IMG/VR virus record: IMGVR_UViG_3300047311_000323
Location: 64,001-128,000 of that record
Direction: 5' to 3' (one strand)
From: a virus
DNA length: 64,000 nt
The position numbers were made by a program, and so were the translations under genes. The notes under the pieces were generated by a model. That model was not told where the DNA came from and did not search any database. It saw only the letters and a program-made list of their open reading frames with translations. The first letter of the stretch is position 1; every line of letters starts with the position of its first letter. This document shows, piece by piece, positions 55,458-63,487 of the stretch.

Positions 55458-56650
55458 TCTTTACCCTCAGTTTTATAGATGTTGTAGATTTCCATAGACA
55501 GCTCGATAAAGCCGGGTCTTGCAGCATCTTCTATATAGGTCTGCGCATAGGTTTTGATAGCCGCAGACACATCCATCTTCGAATCAATAGTGTTGGTATT
55601 ATCTTTCTTGATCAGATTAACCTTTTTAGATTCAGAAATGGCATTGACATTGAAGGCACCATTGCCAGTCAAATACTTTTCGATTATAGACTTGTTGATG
55701 GACTTGAGATCAGGAGAAGTTAGCGAAACTTCAACACGTACGATTGCTTGGTTCTGGACGCCAGCCTTCTTTACCTGCTCCAAAACATAGGCCGTAGTAT
55801 CTTCAGTATCCTTAGGAACACTGATAGTAATCTTTTGCAAAGGTCTAGTTGGCAGATATTCTTGGCTCCAGCCATTCTCCTCATCACAATTGAAAATGAC
55901 GATATGTTTCTTATGGTCGGTTTCACCGAAGTTAGAAATGTCCATACTTCCAATATGGGCGATGTAAGGATCCTTCTTCTTCATTACCTGCGGCTTATGA
56001 ACGTGTCCCATCCACACATAGTCGTATCCTTGGAACATATCCAAAGGACAAAACAACTCGTTAGTGAGGTCATCAATTTCATCACCAACTGGGATAGAGC
56101 CCTCGATGGCCAAATGTCCAATCACAACTTTGTGATAAGTGTCTGGGATACTGGCAAGCTCGTAGACAAGACTATCTCGAACCAGCGAAATTGCTTCCGC
56201 ATTCGATCCTACACTGAATGATTTTCTATCACGAAAGGGCACCATTGTAAAAGCGGTAGTGCCAATTATGATCGTGTTAATGTCCTTGTAGACACTAATC
56301 CCGTCTAGTTCGACCTCACTAATGATATCAAGCGGGGAAGTAGACACAAGTCCGCTACGTAAGATATCGTGATTGCCCACAATGATGTGGACTTGGACAT
56401 CATGCACTTGACATTTCTTGAGCCAAGCGATAAATAGTGTAATCAGAGCGGGATGGGGCTTTGGGTCTTCAAACACATCTCCTGTGAGGATGATATGATC
56501 AGCATGGTGCTCAATAGCACGATCCAACGTCCAATCCAAAAGATTAAGTTGATCAACGATGCGACTATTCAGTGTGGAACCGATACCACCTTTACCGATG
56601 TTCGTTCCTTTACCCAAGTGCACATCGCCAAGAATTATGGCATTTGTCAT
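55454..56650 (-). CDS. sbcD: SbcD/Mre11-like nuclease
   Basis: GDVHLG, GDVFE, GNHD, GH, GHVHKPQ phosphoesterase motifs. Confidence 0.93.
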   Translation of the reverse strand: MTNAIILGDVHLGKGTNIGKGGIGSTLNSRIVDQLNLLDWTLDRAIEHHADHIILTGDVFEDPKPHPALITLFIAWLKKCQVHDVQVHIIVGNHDILRSGLVSTSPLDIISEVELDGISVYKDINTIIIGTTAFTMVPFRDRKSFSVGSNAEAISLVRDSLVYELASIPDTYHKVVIGHLAIEGSIPVGDEIDDLTNELFCPLDMFQGYDYVWMGHVHKPQVMKKKDPYIAHIGSMDISNFGETDHKKHIVIFNCDEENGWSQEYLPTRPLQKITISVPKDTEDTTAYVLEQVKKAGVQNQAIVRVEVSLTSPDLKSINKSIIEKYLTGNGAFNVNAISESKKVNLIKKDNTNTIDSKMDVSAAIKTYAQTYIEDAARPGFIELSMEIYNIYKTEGKE

Positions 56651-57273
56651 GGTTTATATAGGGTTATGTATTCCTTGAAAAGCCCAACAACACGCTGTAA
56701 TGCCTCATTGTTAAGCTTCTTTCTCAGATTCAGCGTGTCGAATTTCTTGCACGCTGCCTCAACATATACCCCTGCTTCCTCGGTCGGATAAGTCAGATAA
56801 AACTCGCGAACGGTGTTTGAAAAGTCCATCATTAATTTGAGGCGCTCTTCAAAATCTTCGGGGTCATAGATGTTATCCTCATCTACATCGGAAGCATACT
56901 GTTGAAGTATTTTATAGGCTGCTTGTACTTTAGTGATACCATCCATAGCTGCCATGAATTCACAGCCATGTGCGTATTGACCACCAATCTTGCAACCGAA
57001 ACAATAGAAACTGTTTGTCTCAGGATAATAGTAGAAAGAGCCAGATCGTTCGCGGCCACCTTTATGTGACTTGAACGGGCACGTCGATTTCTTATTATGT
57101 GAGTCTAAATGAATATTGTAATGCTTGAAGAGCTTGACAATAGGGACCGTATTGGCCTTACTAATCAGCTCTTGGTAATAATCTTTTCCTGCAAAAGCTG
57201 CTGAAGGACTTCCAGTTTCCCCTGGTGTCTCGCCATCGCTATCGGATCTGGAGGTATTTGGTAGAGGGCACAT
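56647..57273 (-). CDS. Stand-alone CHC2 primase zinc-binding domain protein
   Basis: CPFKSH...ERSGSF...FYCFGC matches the DnaG N-terminal zinc ribbon, followed by a helical extension. Confidence 0.85.
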   Translation of the reverse strand: MCPLPNTSRSDSDGETPGETGSPSAAFAGKDYYQELISKANTVPIVKLFKHYNIHLDSHNKKSTCPFKSHKGGRERSGSFYYYPETNSFYCFGCKIGGQYAHGCEFMAAMDGITKVQAAYKILQQYASDVDEDNIYDPEDFEERLKLMMDFSNTVREFYLTYPTEEAGVYVEAACKKFDTLNLRKKLNNEALQRVVGLFKEYITLYKP

Positions 57274-57344
57274 AATTGGGAATATTGCCCGAAGCGCTCT
57301 TTTTCTTCGGAAATTAAAGATAAAAGTAGCTCCTTGGGTGTCAT
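57165..57344 (-). CDS. Possible 59-aa protein overlapping the 5' end of the CHC2 gene
   Basis: MTPKELLLSLISEEKERF... starts 7 nt after the upstream stop and looks helical. SD is weak and it overlaps the next gene by 109 nt. Confidence 0.35.
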   Translation of the reverse strand: MTPKELLLSLISEEKERFGQYSQLCALYQIPPDPIAMARHQGKLEVLQQLLQEKIITKS

Positions 57345-57351
57345 GGTCAAG

Positions 57352-57897
57352 TTATTCACTACCTTTTTTCTTGTCAAGCGCTTTAGTAATTTCTTTGTTT
57401 ATGAAATCGGCCATTGCAACAGGATCTAGCTTCTTATTGAGTACAGATAGATGATACTCTAACTCATTCATCTTGTCTCTCTGATTGAAACAAGTTTTGA
57501 GAAGGAGGACAATCCAAGTTAGGGAGCCTTCACTTTCTCTTTCATTTGGGTCGCTATTAATCTCTGCTGCAAGCACAATCATATTCTGCAGCAGTTCTTT
57601 TTCAGATTCCGCATTGAATACGTTACGATTTTGAGGAAGAGTTTTATCAGCCATCGACTTTTGAAATTGCACGAACAGTTCGGCCGCGCGCTTCTTATAC
57701 CCAGACTGAACATCTTGAACTTGTTGAACTTGATGTTGGAATTCTTGCTGGGAAGGCTTTTTGCGCTTGCCATCAAACATGGATTGGCCCTGTGACTTTA
57801 CACCGCCTCTTGGCGTATACTCGTCTGGCCCTTGTAAAGACTGCTGTCCCTGATTTGGATGTCCTTGATTTGGTGGCGGTCCATTTCTATTCGTCAT
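57352..57897 (-). CDS. Hypothetical protein
   Basis: 181 aa with a Gln-rich N-terminus and helical core. Confidence 0.75.
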   Translation of the reverse strand: MTNRNGPPPNQGHPNQGQQSLQGPDEYTPRGGVKSQGQSMFDGKRKKPSQQEFQHQVQQVQDVQSGYKKRAAELFVQFQKSMADKTLPQNRNVFNAESEKELLQNMIVLAAEINSDPNERESEGSLTWIVLLLKTCFNQRDKMNELEYHLSVLNKKLDPVAMADFINKEITKALDKKKGSE

Positions 57898-57907
57898 ACA
57901 ACCTCAA

Positions 57908-58294
57908 TTATCTCTTCTTGGAAGGAATGAGTGGCTTAGGGACACGTTTGATAATCACAAACTTGTCAGCCAACTCAACTGTGAAATCTGGAGACACGGC
58001 AGCTTCCAAAGAAGGAAGAGTTGCGCTAGAACGAATAGTTACATACAAGGCGCTTGGCTCTATCCCAACAAATGTGGCATGTTGAAAAACATACTGATCT
58101 GGTAGGCCGAACATGAGGATTGGGCGATTTTGAATCTCGGCCCAAATCTTGTCCGCTTCTGATTTGACAGGAGGCGCTGGAGGCGCAACAACTACTGGAG
58201 CTACAACCGGAGCTTCAACTTTCTTTACCTTTTTAACAGGCTTCTTGGTTGTTTTGGCGGCAGTAACTTTCTTGTTTTTCTTAGTCTTTGGCAT
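57908..58294 (-). CDS. Hypothetical protein with Lys/Pro-rich N-terminus
   Basis: Start refined to MPKTKK (GGAGA SD). Confidence 0.75.
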   Translation of the reverse strand: MPKTKKNKKVTAAKTTKKPVKKVKKVEAPVVAPVVVAPPAPPVKSEADKIWAEIQNRPILMFGLPDQYVFQHATFVGIEPSALYVTIRSSATLPSLEAAVSPDFTVELADKFVIIKRVPKPLIPSKKR

Positions 58295-58315
58295 AGTTTT
58301 CTCCACTTACAGTAT

Positions 58316-58624
58316 TCAAGAGTTACATATATCAGCAAAAGTGCTTCTAAAAGCGCTGGTTAAAACCAGCCCACTGATTCGCTTAACCTCTTTCCCGTCC
58401 TTCAGAACTAATACTTCGGGGACAGAATTGACTGCAAACCTCTTACATTGATTAGGAAAAGCGTCAACATCTACCGCAAAAAAGGAGATATCCTTATGTT
58501 TTTCTTCAATTTTGCTTATCATAGTAAGAAACTTATTATGGTACGGCATCCAGGAAGCATAAAAATATAAAGCCTGCAATGGCAGGTCAATTTGTAATTC
58601 CTCTTCTTGCGTGATGAATTGCAT
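58316..58624 (-). CDS. Thioredoxin-fold protein lacking CxxC
   Basis: YFYASWMPYH sits at the WCGPC position. VDVD, cis-Pro SVPEVLVLKDGKEV..ISG. Confidence 0.8.
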   Translation of the reverse strand: MQFITQEEELQIDLPLQALYFYASWMPYHNKFLTMISKIEEKHKDISFFAVDVDAFPNQCKRFAVNSVPEVLVLKDGKEVKRISGLVLTSAFRSTFADICNS

Positions 58625-58881
58625 TAGTTCTTGAGGTCTTTCTTTTCTTTATCAGAAGCTTCCAAATCCGCAATGAACTCTTCTATGTTCTTAGAGGCTT
58701 GGGCCCTCTCAATAACCACTTTAGCTACTCTTTTAGCAATTTCCTCAGTAGAAGAAGTTAATTCTTCTTGAGTGAAAACGCCCTTTTCAATTAGAAGCTT
58801 TTCAATAGCAGTTACGCGCAGCATAATATCTGCCATCATAATATCATTAGTTAGTTCTTGCTTATCTTTTTTGTCAGTCAT
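58624..58881 (-). CDS. Hypothetical protein
   Basis: 85-aa helical ORF with AGGAG SD. Confidence 0.75.
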   Translation of the reverse strand: MTDKKDKQELTNDIMMADIMLRVTAIEKLLIEKGVFTQEELTSSTEEIAKRVAKVVIERAQASKNIEEFIADLEASDKEKKDLKN

Positions 58882-58919
58882 TAGAATCTCCTGTATCTTC
58901 TATAACAGGAAGAATGGTC

Positions 58920-59447
58920 TTAGCGACCACAACACTTCTTATATTTCTTGCCAGAACCACAGATACAAGGTTCGTTGGGGCCAACTTTAGCTTTCTTGAT
59001 CACTGGCACCGGTTTAGGAATACTACGATCCATAAACAGCGTGGAATTCAAATGGTCCAGCTCGTGCTGACAAACGACCGCCACGAACCCACTAGCTACA
59101 AAGCTATGAGGCTCAGTCAGATTATTGACGATGTACACCTCCTGAAATCGTGTGGTATTCTCCGAACGACCAGGGAAAGACAAACATCCTTCATCTGTAA
59201 AAGTGGCAGGGTCGAACCCTTGGACTAACTTAGCGTTCACTAAGTTGAAACTTATCTTTGGCAAACGCACAATAGCAATATCTTTAGCGATACCTATTTG
59301 GGGCGCGGCTAAGCCGATGCCATTTTTTCCTAGACGATTAGCGTGCTCCAGCTCTTTTTCAAGAAGCTCTACTAACGAACCAACCTCGTCCATGGTCACA
59401 GGTTCGCAAAATACACGCAGCGCAGCTTCATTATTTGTGATTATCAT
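58920..59447 (-). CDS. def: Peptide deformylase with C-terminal SEC-C motif
   Basis: [15 protein letters not shown] and HELDH motifs. C-terminus [20 protein letters not shown]. Confidence 0.95.
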   Translation of the reverse strand: MIITNNEAALRVFCEPVTMDEVGSLVELLEKELEHANRLGKNGIGLAAPQIGIAKDIAIVRLPKISFNLVNAKLVQGFDPATFTDEGCLSFPGRSENTTRFQEVYIVNNLTEPHSFVASGFVAVVCQHELDHLNSTLFMDRSIPKPVPVIKKAKVGPNEPCICGSGKKYKKCCGR

Positions 59448-59460
59448 GTCTTACCTATAT

Positions 59461-59472
59461 ACCCCGAAGGAT
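59461..59472 (-). promoter_or_regulatory. Small C(UUCG)G tetraloop hairpin in the intergenic spacer
   Basis: ATCC-TTCG-GGGT on the minus strand: a 4-bp stem with one GU pair. Confidence 0.35.
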
Positions 59473-59477
59473 CGTAA

Positions 59478-59675
59478 TCACTTTTTACCACAGTTGCAAC
59501 CGCCGGACTTTGGTTGCAAGGGCGTAAGTTTTTTCAAACACACCGAGCAAATCTTATCAGTTGTGGAGCAAAGTTCACAGATTACGGCCACATTGACAAC
59601 GACCGTACCTTGACATCGCATGCACTGCTTCTTAGTGTATAGAAAGGCTAGCTTGGAACAGTTGGAACACATCAT
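59478..59675 (-). CDS. Small multi-CxxC zinc protein with CRIPT-like Cys spacing
   Basis: MxCxxC...CxxC-x11-CxxC-x6-CxxC-xKK. Confidence 0.7.
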   Translation of the reverse strand: MMCSNCSKLAFLYTKKQCMRCQGTVVVNVAVICELCSTTDKICSVCLKKLTPLQPKSGGCNCGKK

Positions 59676-59715
59676 GTTATCAATATTCCATCATAATACT
59701 AGACCGGAGGCCGCG

Positions 59716-59871
59716 ATGGATACGTTCTTTCCTTTTATCCACAAGATCGAAAAGAAAAAGAAAGAAGAGCTGCAACCTCTTTATATCGAACTCGAACCAC
59801 CACCTCTTGAGCGCAAGCAAAAGAGTGAAGAAGATGAAGAGACTCCACGAGTCATCATCATTGAGTTATGA
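59716..59871 (+). CDS. Small 51-aa hypothetical protein
   Basis: GGAGG SD 5 nt before ATG 59716: MDTFFPFIHKIEKKKKEELQPLYIELEPPP...RVIIIEL. Confidence 0.75.
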   Translation: MDTFFPFIHKIEKKKKEELQPLYIELEPPPLERKQKSEEDEETPRVIIIEL

Positions 59872-60126
59872 ATTCTTTTTAGCGTTGAAATCGTCCAAAA
59901 TACTGGAGGCTTCTTTGAATAGACCTCTAGCTTCAGCGAACCAAAGATAAGAGCTAATGATCTCACGAGCTTGACGATAATCCTCAGCAGGATCACACTG
60001 GTCAAGACAATTCTGGCAAATCTTAAAACGAGTTACATTGATTTTAGATAGAGCTACGCTCTGGAGTTCTTCAGAATCGAACTCCTGAGCACAAACAATG
60101 CAGTTACAAGATGTTACCGGGGTCAT
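59866..60126 (-). CDS. Zinc-finger protein
   Basis: CIVC...CQNC. AGGAAG SD. Confidence 0.75.
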   Translation of the reverse strand: MTPVTSCNCIVCAQEFDSEELQSVALSKINVTRFKICQNCLDQCDPAEDYRQAREIISSYLWFAEARGLFKEASSILDDFNAKKNS

Positions 60127-60180
60127 GGTGCTTCCTATATATCATGGGAAAGTATATAGGTATTCCATATTATTGACCGG

Positions 60181-60213
60181 AAAAACGGGGATAATGTTTA
60201 CATTATCCCCGTC
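60181..60213 (-). terminator. Intrinsic terminator / perfect palindrome after the HNH gene
   Basis: ACGGGGATAATG-TAAA-CATTATCCCCGT, a 12-bp perfect stem followed by TTTT. Confidence 0.8.
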
Positions 60214-60226
60214 CAGCGACCCAGTT

Positions 60227-60736
60227 TTAGCCCTGTAGGAAGTCGTCCCAATCCTTATGCCAGTATTCCTGGGGATCCGCCACATAGTAATGGGCAGAAA
60301 AAGATGGGTGAGTTGGCTTCTTTAGGAGCTTCATATTGGCCTGTTCAGGCGTCTTGTCAGCTTTTTGGTTATTACATACCTGACACGAGACTACACAGTT
60401 CACGAAGGACGTAATACCCCCTTGTGCTCTTGGTAGAACGTGGTCGATAGTAATCTGAGAAGCGGTTAGCTTCCTACCACAATACTGACAGGTGCTTCTA
60501 TCTCTTTTCACCAAAGCCTTGCGGCTGAAGTTTGAGTTGAAGTAATTGCGTTTGACGTGAGTCTTCAATCTCAAGATAGAAGGGTGCTTAACCTTTCCAG
60601 AACCCCAGGTGATGAACTCGTCCCAAGAAGAGACAACTTCAACCTTGTCCTTGAAAAGCAACTTGAATACTTTTCTTTCTGGAATGAAAGAAAGCACCTC
60701 ATACGATGCATTTAGCAACAGCGTTTTCTTTGACAT
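60227..60736 (-). CDS. HNH endonuclease
   Basis: LLLNASYE, RDRSTCQYCG, TIDHVLPRAQGG, NCVVSCQVCNNQK. Confidence 0.92.
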   Translation of the reverse strand: MSKKTLLLNASYEVLSFIPERKVFKLLFKDKVEVVSSWDEFITWGSGKVKHPSILRLKTHVKRNYFNSNFSRKALVKRDRSTCQYCGRKLTASQITIDHVLPRAQGGITSFVNCVVSCQVCNNQKADKTPEQANMKLLKKPTHPSFSAHYYVADPQEYWHKDWDDFLQG

Positions 60737-60754
60737 GATGTTTTATATCTCCGT

Positions 60755-61453
60755 TTACAATTCGGCAAGGGCATCGTATATGTCCTTACCATCAATCTCG
60801 TTACCTAGACAAGTCCAACCCGGTCGGAGTCTCCTGGCGAACAATTCTAGTTTACGAGCTAATGGAAACATGGTTTCCATTGATTCCTGCAAGTCATCCG
60901 GCTTGGCCGAATGTTTTAGGTTCTCAGCAAAGCTAACTGAGCGTTGTGATTTGTTAGCTAACTGCTTGAGAATCTTACCACGAGTTCCAATCAAACAAAT
61001 CTCGTGAGTCTGTCTAAACAATCGACCCATAAAGAAAGCTAGTTCCTCTGCTAAGTCTATTCTTAGTAGATTTTCCATAATCGACTTGACTGCTCGGTCA
61101 TAGGCGAATTTGTCATAAGCTACCTGTTGATGTTTCAATATGCTTTTCTTAATCCACTTAATGAAACGTTGGAATCTGTGCTTTTTGATTTTGACCCATA
61201 CATAGGTCTGCTTGTGGTCGAAGCCCCAAGCTTTCATGGTGTTCAGCCCATCTTGCAGCAATGAGCCTGGCACCCATAAACATAAGACTGCACCATCGGG
61301 ATCGCAAGCCTCTTCTACGGGCATCTCGCGAATTTGTTGCATTGTCATGGTGTCGTAGTTGGCCTTGGCCCCACGCTTGACATCCGACATTTTAAGAGAA
61401 TCCTTGAATGGCCAGGGAGGATCAGCCACAATTACCGAATACTTTTTACCCAT
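60755..61453 (-). CDS. MT-A70 family adenine methyltransferase
   Basis: IVADPPW, LCLWV, HE.CLIGTRG, HSAKP, KLELFARR. About 50 aa lie between WVK and MG. Confidence 0.9.
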   Translation of the reverse strand: MGKKYSVIVADPPWPFKDSLKMSDVKRGAKANYDTMTMQQIREMPVEEACDPDGAVLCLWVPGSLLQDGLNTMKAWGFDHKQTYVWVKIKKHRFQRFIKWIKKSILKHQQVAYDKFAYDRAVKSIMENLLRIDLAEELAFFMGRLFRQTHEICLIGTRGKILKQLANKSQRSVSFAENLKHSAKPDDLQESMETMFPLARKLELFARRLRPGWTCLGNEIDGKDIYDALAEL

Positions 61454-61466
61454 AGGGGCCTCACAA

Positions 61467-62351
61467 TTACTTGATGATCATCATTGGTAATTCGAGAGGT
61501 GATTGGGCGCCATCCACTTGAATATCTTGTACCGCTTCAAGCTTCTCTTTGTTCATAGAAGCTTGCTTGGTGATCGTCACTCGATATGCTCCTATACCAA
61601 GGGAAGCCATCCATTTACCGGTTCCATTTGTTCTTGTTTTGAAAACTGGCTGTCCAGTTGACAGGTCCACAATCTCAACGGGTGCCAAGAAGAGAGACTT
61701 GCCATTTTTGTCAACACAGCGCTGCATGACAGGAATCTGTCCTTGCCCAGATGACATTGGGGTATCGCCCTCTGCCATAGGAACTTGCTCAGCATGCGAA
61801 AATGGTGATCCACCTGGATTAGGTGGCGCCAAGACATTACCCCTTCTACTTGAAGGCACATTGGTGCCTCCTGGGACCACTACAGTGGAGTCGGTTGCAT
61901 TGCGCCCTGGAGGAGGCTGCATTGGCTGCTGACGGCCTGGAGGCATCTTAGGAAGCTGCATTGGCATCTTCACTTCTTGCTCTGGACGTGGCAAAACAGC
62001 ATTGTCGCCTGCATAGGTTTCTGGTCGAGAACTACGACGGAACCCATGTGGCGTATTGTCTTGTGGAAGCTTGGATTCGGCTGTTACAGGAATGTTTCTC
62101 TCAGGTTCCCCGGCCGGAATTTGGTCAAACGTGGGTGGCACAATATTTGCCCTGGGCGGGGCAGTATTAACCGCTTCTACCATAACTCTGGGGGCAGAAG
62201 CTTGTTGTTTATCCAGCTTTCCAATTACATCATTTAGCTTATTGGACAATACCTTAATAACTAAGTCTTGTGATCTTACTATATCTAATAGTGTATTTAC
62301 CTTGGATTCCACATCCAATAGCACATCTGTGGCTTTTCTTGGTTCAGTCAT
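61467..62351 (-). CDS. Hypothetical protein: coiled N-terminus, Pro-rich linker, C-terminal carboxypeptidase-regulatory-like beta domain
   Basis: GKSLFLAPVEIVD...TRTNGTGKW...LGIGAYRVTITK. Confidence 0.7.
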   Translation of the reverse strand: MTEPRKATDVLLDVESKVNTLLDIVRSQDLVIKVLSNKLNDVIGKLDKQQASAPRVMVEAVNTAPPRANIVPPTFDQIPAGEPERNIPVTAESKLPQDNTPHGFRRSSRPETYAGDNAVLPRPEQEVKMPMQLPKMPPGRQQPMQPPPGRNATDSTVVVPGGTNVPSSRRGNVLAPPNPGGSPFSHAEQVPMAEGDTPMSSGQGQIPVMQRCVDKNGKSLFLAPVEIVDLSTGQPVFKTRTNGTGKWMASLGIGAYRVTITKQASMNKEKLEAVQDIQVDGAQSPLELPMMIIK

Positions 62352-62358
62352 AATACCC

Positions 62359-63081
62359 TTATTCTAAGAACAGGCCAACTTTTACCTTGACTCTCTTAAG
62401 AATAACTATATCATCAACTGGGACAGGATTACCATCACACATCTCATGTTCACCAAAGACTAAAGCTCTTGCCTGATCTTCGATTTCCTCTTTAGGGCCA
62501 GAACAGAGTGGCACACCTGCTACAATTAGTAGGAGGGAGTCATCATCCAGGCTCATCAAAACCGGTAATAGGTCTTCTGGATCGGCTGGGTGATGAGTCG
62601 CTTCAACCTCTTGTTCAATGGCTGAAGGAGGATAAACATCATAATGTGGGCGAATATCGGCAGCAGTTGGACCATTTTGGAATCCAAAAGCAGTGTCGCT
62701 CACATAGTCATTATTGTCAACCATTTGCTGATTAGGATCAAATTCCTCGCCAGTCAAATCATCAACGATTTCGCCATCTACGCTTGACCACGTATGTTCC
62801 ATATTGTTGCCCACATTAGGAACGGGCCCTCTTCCTCTACCAACAGGAGAAGTAGTTACCTCAGCATAGGGCTGACGTACTGGAGACCTTCTCGCTCTCG
62901 GGTTATCGAGAGGTAGTTGAGTGGGCCTGGTAGTTTTCGTACCAGGCACCACTGCGCCACCTTGATACTCTTGGGGTTCTTTACCATGAACCTGATACTG
63001 CGGGACATACGGTTTGTATGACGCAGGTTTGCTTCTCTCAGGATTCTTGATAAGTTTTATTTTTCCATCGGTATCAGACAT
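62359..63081 (-). CDS. Hypothetical protein
   Basis: 240 aa, Pro-rich N-terminus and acidic middle. Confidence 0.75.
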   Translation of the reverse strand: MSDTDGKIKLIKNPERSKPASYKPYVPQYQVHGKEPQEYQGGAVVPGTKTTRPTQLPLDNPRARRSPVRQPYAEVTTSPVGRGRGPVPNVGNNMEHTWSSVDGEIVDDLTGEEFDPNQQMVDNNDYVSDTAFGFQNGPTAADIRPHYDVYPPSAIEQEVEATHHPADPEDLLPVLMSLDDDSLLLIVAGVPLCSGPKEEIEDQARALVFGEHEMCDGNPVPVDDIVILKRVKVKVGLFLE

Positions 63082-63093
63082 GTTGTTCCCAGA

Positions 63094-63465
63094 TTATTCT
63101 GAGGAGTTACGCTTGTTCTTTCTCTCTTTGCGGTTTTTGGCGTGTTCTGTATGTCTACAGTCACCCTTGCTACAGAGTTCAAGTTGCTTCCTTACGGATT
63201 CGTTGCGCTTTCTCCTACGTTTATCAGATGGTTTCTCGTACGACTGCTTTTCCTTATATGACGAAAGAACTCTTTCTTTCTGCACTAAGGCTCGAAAAGC
63301 TCTTAGAGCTTTATCGAAATTGTTCCCATACACTTTAACTTCGAGGGGTTGGGCTTGCACTGCTTCAATGTGCGAATATTTGTCGTTGACGACGACTGGC
63401 TGCGATTCACCTCCCCTCGGTGCCTTTTTGTAATTCCTCTTACTTCTTCTATTCTGGTCTTTCAT
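63094..63465 (-). CDS. rpsU: Ribosomal protein bS21 homolog with N- and C-terminal extensions
   Basis: LEVKVYGNNFDKALRAFRALVQKERVLSSYKEKQSYEKPSDKRRRKR matches the bS21 pattern (YEKPS). Confidence 0.88.
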   Translation of the reverse strand: MKDQNRRSKRNYKKAPRGGESQPVVVNDKYSHIEAVQAQPLEVKVYGNNFDKALRAFRALVQKERVLSSYKEKQSYEKPSDKRRRKRNESVRKQLELCSKGDCRHTEHAKNRKERKNKRNSSE

Positions 63466-63487
63466 TTAGAAAACACTATTAACCTTT

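Noticed and set aside
802-63433. Numerous plus-strand ORFs in the track (e.g. 8609..8995, 9666..10529, 10563..11180, 39887..40438, 42472..43017)
   Set aside because: They are antisense shadows of long minus-strand genes, Ser/Pro-rich, with no SD or motifs. Only 22135..22701 and 59716..59871 have independent support.
48099-63465. Assigning a host phylum from bS21, trigger factor or PDF sequence style
   Set aside because: Cannot be supported by eye. It needs phylogenies of these three proteins.
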